Positions 1-9,981 of a stretch of DNA of 64,000 nucleotides are shown here, piece after piece. Within the stretch, counting starts at the first letter, position 1, and each line of letters starts with the position of its first letter. Made by a program: the position numbers and the translations under genes. The DNA is from Candidatus Micrarchaeota archaeon (GTDB lineage: Archaea > Micrarchaeota > Micrarchaeia > Anstonellales > Bilamarchaeaceae), in contig JBBSVN010000005.1 of assembly GCA_038046765.1 (NCBI GenBank), positions 82,490 to 146,489 on the forward strand, given 5' to 3'. The notes beneath the pieces were generated by a model. The model saw nothing but the letters and a program-made list of their open reading frames with translations, made no database searches and was not told where the DNA came from.

Positions 1-358
1 TATACTGTGTATTGTTTTGTTCTGTCATAATCTTTACCTGTGTGCATTTTGTAGCTTATAATTCATTCTAATTAGCATATAATTTATCGTCGTAATCTAA
101 TATGCCCAAAAGGGTTTAAATTGGTTTGTTTTTGGGTAATCTTGCAGAACCGATTATCTTAAAATAACTTGCTTGAATTTATTAGTCTACTAGTTCTTTC
201 TAGAAGAGAAATCCTTTTCTCTTAAATAAGCTAGTCGATAATTGATAATAATCGACTGGCACTGCCATATGGATGTATTTGTGCAGTGCCCTACAGGTCT
301 GTAATTAGAAAATACACTGTTTTCTAAGCATGCCTGTTGATAATAAGCTAATACAAAT

Positions 359-451
359 GCGCCTGTAGTCTAGTGGTAATCGCAAGTTGTGATCACTAAA
401 GGATCGTAGCCTTCCAAGCTACTGACCCGGGTTCGAATCCCGGCGGGCGCA
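359..451 (+). tRNA. tRNA-Gly(TCC) with ~20-nt D-loop intron (379..398)
   Basis: Acceptor GCGCCTG/CGGGCGC, anticodon arm GTAGC-CTTCCAA-GCTAC, T-arm CCGGG-TTCGAAT-CCCGG. BHB helix GTGG/TCAC with TAA bulges. Confidence 0.93.
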
Positions 452-573
452 AATTTTGATCACAAAATTTGTCGAACTTTAGAAGGCTTTACTGCCATTC
501 TAATGGGCGCAAATTTATTCTAATTTTTCTAATCAAAAATCATTTTAAAAACTGTTGCTTAAAATATATTTTT

Positions 574-1608
574 ATGAAAAATTCGATACTTGAGGATCGA
601 ACTGCTTATCGCAAAAATGCCTCGAATTTACCTACAAATGGTTTTAAGTCACCCGCCCCTTTATTTAGTGCAATTCTTCCGGATGATAATAATCTAGCTG
701 AAGCCAAAGCATTTTTTCGAGGAAAATATTTAAGTGTTTCATCTGATGTAGTTAAATTCGATAAACCTTATGATGGTCGCTGCGTTCTCTGCCAGGATAG
801 TTCTATGGTACTTGTTGAACCAAATTTTACCGTAACTGGTGTTTTTGATGGGTTTGGGGACTCCGGAGAAGTACTTTCGAGATTTTTTATAGATGAATTA
901 TTTCGTGAATTTCATGCTAAGCGTTCTATTTCTTTTAAGGAAGAAGACTTTAAATCATCTATAAATTTAGCGATCGAATTTTCCTCTCTTAATGCACAGG
1001 GTTTTATTAAAAAAATTGAAGGAGGCACTACTGCAATAGTTGCTCTTATTCTAAATGATGGCACTTACTTTTTAGCTTGCATTGGTGATTCTGCAATTTA
1101 TAAATTTAGTAAAACTGGATTGCAAAGATTATCGGATAATTCTATGGTCGGATGCATGAAAAACGAGTCTGGTGTACTTGGTTATTCTGTTTTACCTTAT
1201 ACTCAAATCGATCTTAAGCAATACCTAGATAATCGGCATCTTGTTTTAGAATTTTTATCTTCAATTGGTTTAAGTGGCAGCAATCCTAAAATAAATTTTT
1301 TATCCGGACACCTTGAAAAATCAGAAAAATTAATCCTTGTAACTGATGGTATAACAAAAAATTTATCCATTATTATTGGTCTTTTAGATTTGGTGAAAGA
1401 TGCGAGCGGGGTATCGGATTTACAAGAGATTATAAAAACAAAAGCATCCGATCGTTTCATTGGTCGCGCGGTATTAAAAGCAGTAAGAGAAAGGATAGCA
1501 TCTTCAAGAGAAACATCTCTTAATGATATCTTAAAATCAAGAACAGATGGCACGGTTCTAGTTCCACAAGATGATGATCGCACGGTCGTAGTTGTTAAAA
1601 AATTCTAA
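574..1608 (+). CDS. PP2C-family protein phosphatase-like protein
   Basis: CQDS, GVFDGFG, GGTT, IGDS, LVTDG and DDRT motifs. ATG 574 preferred over TTG 469. Confidence 0.8.
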   Translation: MKNSILEDRTAYRKNASNLPTNGFKSPAPLFSAILPDDNNLAEAKAFFRGKYLSVSSDVVKFDKPYDGRCVLCQDSSMVLVEPNFTVTGVFDGFGDSGEVLSRFFIDELFREFHAKRSISFKEEDFKSSINLAIEFSSLNAQGFIKKIEGGTTAIVALILNDGTYFLACIGDSAIYKFSKTGLQRLSDNSMVGCMKNESGVLGYSVLPYTQIDLKQYLDNRHLVLEFLSSIGLSGSNPKINFLSGHLEKSEKLILVTDGITKNLSIIIGLLDLVKDASGVSDLQEIIKTKASDRFIGRAVLKAVRERIASSRETSLNDILKSRTDGTVLVPQDDDRTVVVVKKF

Positions 1609-1610
1609 TT

Positions 1611-2276
1611 TTAAAATACGCTAGCTAATCCTCTTAAAAATTCTTTAGGATCCTTCGCATTTACATACGCGCTAGCTAACAAGACTCCTCTGCTGCCCAG
1701 TGCTAATGCTTTTGCAACATCCTGCTTAGTACTTACTCCTGCGCCACAAAGTGGGATAATTTTATCATTAACTAGTTCTATCGTTCGTACGCTTTCCTTT
1801 ACTACTTCTGGTTTAGCCGTACTTACGCTTATTCCGCTTCCTATTAATTCTGGTGGTTCGATCGCGATATAAGTTGGCAGAAATTCCGCAACCTTTTTCG
1901 TTTCTTTTAAATCTGCTGTGCAAGCGATGCTTTCTAATGAATTAATGTGCAATCTTTCAATTGTATTCTTTACTGCTTCTAAAGGAAGTTTTTTCTCGGA
2001 ATGATTAACTAATGAACCTCTTACTTTTATTCGTTTTAATGCCTCTGGAGGTAGTGAACCTGTATGCGCTCCTGGTTGCATATAATCAGTATGCTGCGCA
2101 AATATGTCGCTAAAGCGCTCTGCTGATTCTTTTAAATGTATTATTGGAGGACAAACGATGATTCTAACTCCTGTTTCTTCTACTACTTCGCTTGCTACAT
2201 CTACATAGTATAGTGCTTTCTCTAAGCTTTTCTCGTATGTTTTAAGGTTAAGAACTATCATACTTTCACTCTTCAC
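1611..2276 (-). CDS. tpiA: Triosephosphate isomerase (archaeal type)
   Basis: NLKTY, NHSE, IEPPELIG and GVLLASA motifs. Confidence 0.95.
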   Translation of the reverse strand: MKSESMIVLNLKTYEKSLEKALYYVDVASEVVEETGVRIIVCPPIIHLKESAERFSDIFAQHTDYMQPGAHTGSLPPEALKRIKVRGSLVNHSEKKLPLEAVKNTIERLHINSLESIACTADLKETKKVAEFLPTYIAIEPPELIGSGISVSTAKPEVVKESVRTIELVNDKIIPLCGAGVSTKQDVAKALALGSRGVLLASAYVNAKDPKEFLRGLASVF

Positions 2277-2333
2277 AAGAAAGGAATAAATATGTGCTGA
2301 TAATTATTACAAAAAAAGAAAAAAATATTTTAT

Positions 2334-2651
2334 CTACTTTGCAAATTTATTCAATTCAATTTGAGTTAAGTATTGCGCGGCTGGGAACAAGACTAACCAC
2401 AATACGAATAATAATACTTTACTCTGCGAACCTTTTGATACTTTTTCAACATCTTGGGCATATCTCCAGAGAACATAGAATCCTACTATTGGGAGAAGTC
2501 CAAGAATTAACCAAACTATTGCGCTTGTTTTTCCTCCAGTTAATTCATTTAGTTCGGTTCTTGTTTGATAAAACCAATATAAGTAATATATTCCTAAAGT
2601 AAGTATACTAAATATAATTACCTTTATCGGATCTCTTTTTTTAATTGCCAT
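2334..2651 (-). CDS. DUF4234-like small membrane protein
   Basis: SILTLGIYYLYWFY motif, hydrophobic segments. Confidence 0.7.
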   Translation of the reverse strand: MAIKKRDPIKVIIFSILTLGIYYLYWFYQTRTELNELTGGKTSAIVWLILGLLPIVGFYVLWRYAQDVEKVSKGSQSKVLLFVLWLVLFPAAQYLTQIELNKFAK

Positions 2652-2763
2652 TATCTTTCACCTTATTATAATTAATAAATTGAATGTCAAAGTAAGGTTT
2701 AAATTTGTTAGTTTAGCTCTGTCTGCCTGTTTTTTAACTATTTTTATTTAATTAACCTATACT

Positions 2764-2954
2764 GCCAGGATGACAGAATCCGGTTATCGTGCTTGTCTCG
2801 AAACCAAACCTTTTACATTGGTTTTTCTAAGAAATTTATTCTTAGAATGCGAGTTAACAAGTTCCCTTGCGGGATTGTAGGTTCAAAAGTTTTCGGATTG
2901 TTTTTCAAAACGCTAGACGCGTAACTGAAAACTGAACATATCCTGCTCCTGGCG
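2764..2954 (+). tRNA. tRNA-Ser(CGA) with two introns: 37/38 (2803..2855) and T-loop 58/59 (2887..2939)
   Basis: GCCAGGA/TCCTGGC acceptor, CTTGT-CTCGAA|A-ACAAG, long variable arm. BHB helices CTCG/CGAG and GTTC/GAAC. Confidence 0.9.
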
Positions 2955-3009
2955 TATAATAATAAAAATTGAACATAGAATATAATATATAAAATATCAA
3001 ATATAAAAT

Positions 3010-3163
3010 GGGCCTGTAGCTCAGTCTGGATCAGAGCGGCACCGTCCTAAGAGTTCTGTGTCATGTGTTTTACGTTTTGTTCGTTATTCGTTCAAGACGC
3101 TAAACTGAAAACACAAAACTCGCATGTAGGTGTAGGCCATGAGTTCAAATCTCATCTGGCTCG
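3010..3163 (+). tRNA. tRNA-Arg(CCT) with 78-nt 37/38 intron (3050..3127)
   Basis: GGGCCTG/CTGGCTC acceptor, D-loop A20, GCACC-GTCCTA|A-GGTGT, ATGAG-TTCAAAT-CTCAT. Relaxed BHB. Confidence 0.85.
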
Positions 3164-3233
3164 TATATTTTTCTTTTTTCTTTTTTTAGTTCTAGCCACA
3201 GCTTTATAATCCTTATTTTCTTTCTTATTAAGC

Positions 3234-3794
3234 ATGACAAAGAAATTCGTTCTTGATACTTCGCTTTTTGTAAACCCTCACGCACGCGGACACTTTGGAA
3301 AAACTCCTGACTTGGCTGTTAAAGGATTCTTGAAAGCTGCAAAGAAGAAGAATGCAGAATTTTACATGCCACCAAGTGTATTTAAGGAATTAAAAAATTT
3401 TCTTAAATCTAAAACTGCCGATGAATTAGAATTGTTTTTGAAGAATAAAGCACCTAATATTTATGCTACTTACTTGCCAGCTGCAGTACTTTATGATTTT
3501 ATCGAAGATATGCGAAATCGACTGAACAAAGGATTAAGATTAGCCGAAGACTATGCTCAAGATAATCACCCAGATAATGCTGCAAAACTTGGGAAATTAA
3601 GGGAAAAATACAGAGAAGCAGTTCGTGCTGGCTTAGTTGATAGCAAGGAAGACTTTGAACTTATTCTCTTATCAAAAGAAATAGATGCTCTTTTAGTTTC
3701 TAGTGATGAAGGCGTAATAAAATTTGCAACTAATATTGGGTGCGAATGTTTGAATGCAAGCAAATTAAGCGCGATGTTAAAGAAGTTAAGATAA
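3234..3794 (+). CDS. RNA-free RNase P (HARP, PIN-domain; MJ0950 RNA ligase partner family)
   Basis: FVLDTSLF, YMPPSV, RNRLNKGLRLAE, LREKYREA-R-G-VDSKED and SSDEG motifs. Confidence 0.9.
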   Translation: MTKKFVLDTSLFVNPHARGHFGKTPDLAVKGFLKAAKKKNAEFYMPPSVFKELKNFLKSKTADELELFLKNKAPNIYATYLPAAVLYDFIEDMRNRLNKGLRLAEDYAQDNHPDNAAKLGKLREKYREAVRAGLVDSKEDFELILLSKEIDALLVSSDEGVIKFATNIGCECLNASKLSAMLKKLR

Positions 3795-3815
3795 AATAAA
3801 CTGTGATTCAAACAT

Positions 3816-4574
3816 ATGTCTAGAAAAACCAAAATCGCACAAAGTTTTGACAAAATCAGCCGAACTTACGAAGATGTTCGGCCTACTTATCCTGATGTTG
3901 TTATCAAAAAGATTCTCTCTTTTTCAAAGATCCCAAAAAATGGTAAAATTGTTGAAGTTGGCTGCGGACCAGGTATAGCTACAATTCCATTTGCAAAAAA
4001 AGGATACAATATCTCTGCCATAGATCCTGGTAAAAATCTCCTTTCTATTGCTAAAGAAAAAACCCGTAAATTTTCAAATGTTTCTTATATTTTAAGTTCA
4101 TTTGAAGATGCTAAACTTCCAATTAATACTTTCGATCTTTTAATTTCTGGTACTGCCTTTCATTGGGTTAATCAGAAAACAGGATATAAAAAAGCTGGCG
4201 AATTGCTAAAGAAAGGCGGAACAATCGCGCTTTTCTGGCTTGCTAATAACTATAAACGAACTGACTTTATTCCTGGTTTATCCGCAGTTTTTAAGAAATA
4301 CTCTAAAAATAAAAAAATCAAGCAAAAACCCTATGAAAAAGAATTTAAACGCATAGCGCGGTCAGGTCTTTTCGGAAAAGTTCACCGGTTCATTTATAAT
4401 CAAAGAATCAAATACTCTAAGGAAGATTACATTAAACTTGTAAGTACTTTTGGCTGGATAAATGTACATCCTAAAAAACCAGAATTTCTTAAAGACCTTA
4501 GTAATTTACTTGGAAAGAGAAAGTATATTTTAGTTCCGTATTCTACTATTCTTTTTATTGCGAGAAGAAAATAA
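3816..4574 (+). CDS. Class I SAM-dependent methyltransferase
   Basis: EVGCGPG motif I, AFHW. Confidence 0.88.
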   Translation: MSRKTKIAQSFDKISRTYEDVRPTYPDVVIKKILSFSKIPKNGKIVEVGCGPGIATIPFAKKGYNISAIDPGKNLLSIAKEKTRKFSNVSYILSSFEDAKLPINTFDLLISGTAFHWVNQKTGYKKAGELLKKGGTIALFWLANNYKRTDFIPGLSAVFKKYSKNKKIKQKPYEKEFKRIARSGLFGKVHRFIYNQRIKYSKEDYIKLVSTFGWINVHPKKPEFLKDLSNLLGKRKYILVPYSTILFIARRK

Positions 4575-4575
4575 A

Positions 4576-5658
4576 TTAATCCTCAATCCCCTTCCCGCTT
4601 AAAGCCTCCTTTATTTTATGGGTGCTTTTCTTGTAGATTTTTCTAAACTTAATTTTTGTTTTTCCATTTTCTGCTTTGGTTCGGCTCACTTCATCAATTT
4701 TTATTTCCTTGCTCATGTGCCTATGGATCCAGTCCCATATTTTTAAGTCTTTAATGATGATTTCATAATCGTCGTAAATTTGTTTGTCGTTTTCGACTTC
4801 CGTTATTGCCTTTGTCAATTTCTCATAAAAAGCTATCCCAAGTTCTTTTGCAAATTTTTCTTTATTTAGTTCAAACTCCCGAATAAATATCGCACTTCTA
4901 AGAACTCTTTGAACATAAAACCCAAGCGGCATATCAAATAAGCTATGCGATGACCCTGCAATATCTTCTATATCTGCAAAAGGATTGACATATTTTACGG
5001 CTTCCTTACGATCTTCGCTCTTAAATATTATCCCCTCCTTTCTCTGTTTCATTATTGATAGTGCGATTTCTCTTATTTTCTTTAAATCAGAAATAGCAAA
5101 CTTGCCAAAACTAGGTGCCTCTTCTATTTTATATTTTTTTAGTAACGATTGCCTTTCTTCCGGAGAAATATAATTGCCGTTTCCAGTATCAACATCAAAA
5201 ACAAATATCTTAACATCAAATCCCTTAGTCGGTCTAGTATATGGGGTGTTTCCAACCATTTCCGCGCATAATACATAATCTGGAAAATCAGAAAAGAATT
5301 TAGGAGTTATTAATTCGCGCGCTTTCTCACTTGCAAAGTAATCAAGGAATCCGCCACGAGAAAATGCGTAAACATTACCATTAATCTTTGCGATTCGAAG
5401 ATTATATCCGTCTATCTTCTCTTCAATGTAAAAATAAGACGCAGTTATGTTCCTTTCTAATCCCTTCTTTAGTGTAAATATCCTTTTAATGTGGGGAAAA
5501 CCAAAAATAATTCGCTCGTTAATAACAATTGTCCCACGTGGAATTCCTCTAAAACCTTCCCGAAAACCAGAATAAATTAGTTCTTCTTTTCGATCAATTA
5601 GTTTGCCTCTTTTACGGGCTTCGGATAGTAATTGATCTGTCATTTCTAGTTTTGGCAT
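4576..5658 (-). CDS. ATP-dependent RNA ligase, Pab1020/Rnl3 family
   Basis: GFPHIKR, EEKIDGYN (motif I), SRGGF, AEMVG, EGIIFK and VKY motifs. Confidence 0.9.
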   Translation of the reverse strand: MPKLEMTDQLLSEARKRGKLIDRKEELIYSGFREGFRGIPRGTIVINERIIFGFPHIKRIFTLKKGLERNITASYFYIEEKIDGYNLRIAKINGNVYAFSRGGFLDYFASEKARELITPKFFSDFPDYVLCAEMVGNTPYTRPTKGFDVKIFVFDVDTGNGNYISPEERQSLLKKYKIEEAPSFGKFAISDLKKIREIALSIMKQRKEGIIFKSEDRKEAVKYVNPFADIEDIAGSSHSLFDMPLGFYVQRVLRSAIFIREFELNKEKFAKELGIAFYEKLTKAITEVENDKQIYDDYEIIIKDLKIWDWIHRHMSKEIKIDEVSRTKAENGKTKIKFRKIYKKSTHKIKEALSGKGIED

Positions 5659-5702
5659 AAAATAAACAAGTAAATGAATATTATAAATATACTCTAAGTA
5701 CG

Positions 5703-7484
5703 CTAAGCCACCTTAGCTTCCTTATTCTCATTAAGCATTTCCTTTACAATTATTGCATAAGCTGGTCTTGATAATAAGAATCCTAAAACAGCTCCTAGAA
5801 TTGTCGACGTAGCAAAACCGATTAATTCAGTTATTCCAGAGAATAATAATGGCATCATCGCAACAATCGCAACAACTATATTTGTTTTAATTATCTCAAA
5901 AGCTGAAGCTATTTTAGATTCAATCGATCCTCCATCTTTTTTCCTTATTTCATCAGTAATTACAATCTGCGCGTCAACACCAACACCAATAGCAGCTATA
6001 ATTCCAGCTACTCCTGCTAAATCGATGTTAAATGGCGAACCTCCTAAAATAGATAATAAAATTATAAGTTCGCTAATACTTACTCCAACTATTGGTAAAA
6101 TCATTTTAAGGCTTCTATACCTAAGCGAAATAAAAATTCCGATTGCGATTAATGAAGCTGCGATACCAAGTATACTTATTTGTAAGAATTCTGCACCTAG
6201 TGTTGCAGGTATTGTTGTTTTACTTCCAAGAGATATTTGAACTGGTAATGAACCTCCTTTTAATATACTTTCAATAAAACGTGCCTGCTCAAGAGCCAGA
6301 TTTGCCTTATTTGTATTTGCACTTAACTGTGTTGTTGGGACGCTTCCGCTGATACCTACTGAATTTCCTGATGGTGGTAATCCCTTTGTTAGTTCTTCTC
6401 CTAAAACTGGCGATGTTAACAACCCTACGGCGGACCATTTTTCTATAGATATGCTTTTATCAATTGGATTATAATTAAACGTCGGTGTTATGTTTTCCTC
6501 TGCAATTTCTTTAACAATAAATCCTTTTTGTTTTAGGTAATCCTTTACTTGTAAGGACGCTTCTGAAGAAATGTATGCTTTTGTTGCGTTGGTTTTTTGA
6601 GTTATATTTGTTTTATTTTGTAAAATTGTTTCTTCAAAATAAAGTTCTATGTTGTCACTATCTGTTTTAAGTGTATTCTTAGCTGCATTTATTGATTCGT
6701 AATCATTTAACTGGCTATTTGTACCCGTTGAAGAAATTGCATTTGCTGCCGCCTCTGCTGCGCTTGTAAGTTTGTCTCTGTTTATAACAATTATTGCATC
6801 TGTTGGTCTATCTAAAAACATGTATACTGGGAATTTTGGTTTATTTTTAGCAGTACTGGCAAATTTCTTTGCGCCTTCGTTGGTCATTGTAAAACCAACT
6901 TCCCAATCTCTGCCGGGGGAACTTCCTGGTACTTTTATCCTGATTGTCTGTGTGTATATATCTTCTGAAGTTAAAGCTGTTTTACCATCTATTACTGCAA
7001 GAAAAACTCCTTGTTGTGAAATCGCTTTTTCTATTGCACTTATTTGTTCATCGTTTGTATTTGCCAGTTCTACGTTTATTTCTGTATCTCCTATTGATTT
7101 GACTTTTACTTCGCTTAATCCAAGAACCGATGCTCTGCTTTTTATCGTGTCTATCATTTTATTCATTGTTTCTGCATCAACTTTCTTTTCCAGTATAATT
7201 GGTATTTTGGTACCACCGCTAAAATCAATTCCAAAATGAAGTCCGTTAAATGCGAGGTTAAACATTGCCAGTAAAACAATCGCAGCCATTCCGAACATTC
7301 GTAGTTTAGTGTCCTTGTAAATTATTGCCATTCCTCCAAAAAGTATGAGTGCCGCAGCAAGTGTCATTCCTGCGAATTTTGAATAACCTGCGATTAAGAA
7401 TATAAATATTAAAAATAATGCCCCTAAGAAAGCCATGCTTCGGTCTAGTTTTAACTGGAATTTTGGTCCTTGTTGTTCGTTCAT
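5703..7484 (-). CDS. secD: Protein translocase subunit SecD
   Basis: GLHFGIDFSGG, LKGGSLPV and GVGVDAQIVITDE motifs. Overlaps secF. Confidence 0.88.
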   Translation of the reverse strand: MNEQQGPKFQLKLDRSMAFLGALFLIFIFLIAGYSKFAGMTLAAALILFGGMAIIYKDTKLRMFGMAAIVLLAMFNLAFNGLHFGIDFSGGTKIPIILEKKVDAETMNKMIDTIKSRASVLGLSEVKVKSIGDTEINVELANTNDEQISAIEKAISQQGVFLAVIDGKTALTSEDIYTQTIRIKVPGSSPGRDWEVGFTMTNEGAKKFASTAKNKPKFPVYMFLDRPTDAIIVINRDKLTSAAEAAANAISSTGTNSQLNDYESINAAKNTLKTDSDNIELYFEETILQNKTNITQKTNATKAYISSEASLQVKDYLKQKGFIVKEIAEENITPTFNYNPIDKSISIEKWSAVGLLTSPVLGEELTKGLPPSGNSVGISGSVPTTQLSANTNKANLALEQARFIESILKGGSLPVQISLGSKTTIPATLGAEFLQISILGIAASLIAIGIFISLRYRSLKMILPIVGVSISELIILLSILGGSPFNIDLAGVAGIIAAIGVGVDAQIVITDEIRKKDGGSIESKIASAFEIIKTNIVVAIVAMMPLLFSGITELIGFATSTILGAVLGFLLSRPAYAIIVKEMLNENKEAKVA

Positions 7485-8572
7485 TTTTCCACCGGAGTTT
7501 TCTTTGGTTCTTTTGATTCCACATACATTAAAAGGATTACCGCGTTAATACCCCACGTAGCAAACAAATCTCCAACTAACCCTACTAATGCAACTGCAGA
7601 TATTTCGTAATATGTTGATATTCTGGTATAAAGCGAAATTATGAAAAGTACTGCAAATGCAATTATTGCAGCGATACTCATTGTTGCTCCTGTCTTAAAC
7701 GCATCAAACGCCTTTTCTCTTGGGTCTCCTTGTCTTTTTAACATACGCATTGTAAGTAAAATGTCTGTGTCTAAAGAGAATCCTGCTAGCATTAATAATG
7801 CAGCTAAGGTTGGAAGAGTAAATGGTATTCCTAATAATCCCATTCCGCCTAGCGCAAAAGTTACATCTGCTGCTGCTCCGATTATTACTGCGAGACTCGG
7901 GACAAATGTCCTAAAGAATATGAATACGAAAATTATGCTTACTATTGCTGAATACAATACTGTCTGTTCTGCTTTTTCTACAAATTTTCCCCGTAATAAT
8001 GGAGAAACTGTATGTACGCTGATTGAAGTGTATTTTACGTATTTTTGTATTGGACCAGATATTGACTGCTGGTAGTTATCATAAACTTTAGTATATGCTG
8101 CACTTACCTGTTTATCGATGCTGTTTAATCCTTCATCTTCTGTTATCGTTTTTTGGATTCTCGCAAGCGTTAACATCTGATTGGCTAGTTTTATCATTTC
8201 TGGTTTATCTGTTGTTGCGTTACTTAAATTACCAAAACTTTCTTTTTGAACCTGTGCATCAAGAAGTTTTGTAAAATTTGTTTTTATGCTTTCAGCATTA
8301 ACTAAGTCCATACTCTGGCCTAATTCTATTTCAACGGCATATCCGGTTGGTAAAGCGTATGTAATAACTGTTCCTTGCAAACCTTCTTTTTCTAAATTTG
8401 CTTGTAACTGCTTAGAGTCAAGGTTTTGGTCTACAGTTAATTTAATTAACGTACCTCCCCGAAAATCAACTCCCGGTTTAATACTTTGCGCAAAGTATAA
8501 ACTTAAGATTAGTAAAATTATTGGTATTATTACCAATAATTTATAGTTGCCCTTGTATATATTAGGAATCAT
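7481..8572 (-). CDS. secF: Protein translocase subunit SecF
   Basis: GVDFRGGT and GFSLDTDILLT motifs. Confidence 0.9.
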   Translation of the reverse strand: MIPNIYKGNYKLLVIIPIILLILSLYFAQSIKPGVDFRGGTLIKLTVDQNLDSKQLQANLEKEGLQGTVITYALPTGYAVEIELGQSMDLVNAESIKTNFTKLLDAQVQKESFGNLSNATTDKPEMIKLANQMLTLARIQKTITEDEGLNSIDKQVSAAYTKVYDNYQQSISGPIQKYVKYTSISVHTVSPLLRGKFVEKAEQTVLYSAIVSIIFVFIFFRTFVPSLAVIIGAAADVTFALGGMGLLGIPFTLPTLAALLMLAGFSLDTDILLTMRMLKRQGDPREKAFDAFKTGATMSIAAIIAFAVLFIISLYTRISTYYEISAVALVGLVGDLFATWGINAVILLMYVESKEPKKTPVEK

Positions 8573-8853
8573 AAAATCAAATACTTCTCTAAGTAGATAT
8601 TTTTGTTGTCAAATAATATAATAGCTATTATTTTTAATTGTTAGGTCTAAATATATTATACTGGCAGGTAGCTAGTGGCTCTTAGCTAGTAGCTTTATAA
8701 TTAAATTGATTTGTTAACCTTATAATAATGGGTTTATAAAAAAATAACGACTGACGCGACCGTTATTTTATACTAAGTGTCGCGTCCTACAAGTCTGTAA
8801 TAAGAAGAGCCTCTTTTTTCTTAGTAAAGAGTATGTAGTAAGTTTATACTAAC

Positions 8854-9055
8854 GCCGGGTTGGCAGATCGGCTATGCCGCCGCCTGCAAACTCCTTTAAT
8901 TGCTTAGGGTCAAACCTAGCTTCTAAAGTTGATGTTTTAAAGGCACTTATGTGATACTTTGTATTACCGTAAGATTCCGCTTTTATGAGGTAAGCGCAAG
9001 TTTACCAATGATATTTAGAAAGCGGCTTAGACAGGTTCAACTCCTGTACCCGGCT
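8854..9055 (+). tRNA. tRNA-Cys(GCA) with ~131-nt 37/38 intron (8890..9020)
   Basis: GCCGGGT/ACCCGGC plus U73, GCCGC-CTGCAA|A-GCGGC, ACAGG-TTCAACT-CCTGT. Confidence 0.9.
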
Positions 9056-9201
9056 TAATTTATTTTTATAATTGATCGTTTAGCGTTTTCAAGTTTCGAG
9101 TTTTGTGTTTAGTATTTTGTTGATTAATCTAGATACCGGGTAGAATTAAAAGCTTTTGCACACTAATTTTAATTATTAACAACTACTTAAGAGCTGATTT
9201 T

Positions 9202-9977
9202 ATGTCAAGAAAATTACGCGTAGCGATATTAGGATGCGAACCAAAAGAGCAACTCTACTTCCTCATAGGGGAAAACAATGTTTTTCAATGGCGATTCTAG
9301 CAGATAACCTTAGCGAAATGTCTTCTAAAGTTGGTTTTAAAATTCAGCCAACAATTTACTGGGTCGCAAACGGAGCACAATTTCCTAGAATAATTTCAAA
9401 TACATTTGATGCAGTTGTAACTACGGGTTCACAGTTAAACTTAGATAAAGAAAGCATACCTCTAAATCCATGGTATCAAAACCTCTTTGAGTTTATTCGT
9501 TCAGTAAGGCATCAAAGAATTCCAATGCTCGGAATATGTTTTGGACATCAGGCAATTGCAGCCGCATTTGGAGTTGAAGTAATTACCAATCCGATTAAAC
9601 CACAAACAGAAATCGGCTTTGCACCAGTTACTTTGACTATAGAAGGAAGAGGAAGCGGATTACTCTCTGGTCTGCCAAGAGATCATTTTGATGCGCTTTT
9701 CTCACATTCTTATTGTATTACAACTGTTCCACACGGAGCACAAACTTTAGCCATAGGACATGGCAAAATGATTCATGCTTTTAGTTTAGATCTTTTGTAT
9801 GGAGTTCAGTTCCATCCGGAAATTTCACCTGATGTCATAAAACATATTGCAGAATTGCGGGCAGAAAAACTTGCGAAACAGGGAATAAAACGAGTAAAAA
9901 CTGAAATCGAAAGAAGAGTAGATCATACTGTTCTAGAAAACTTTGTTAAGATGGCTGCGAGAATGCGGGAATTATAA
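9202..9977 (+). CDS. Type 1 glutamine amidotransferase (apparent -1 frameshift near the N-terminus)
   Basis: GICFGHQ and QFHPE triad in ORF 9234..9977. GATase-like first strand MSRKLRVAILGCEP lies in another frame from ATG 9202. Confidence 0.8.
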
Positions 9978-9981
9978 TTTT

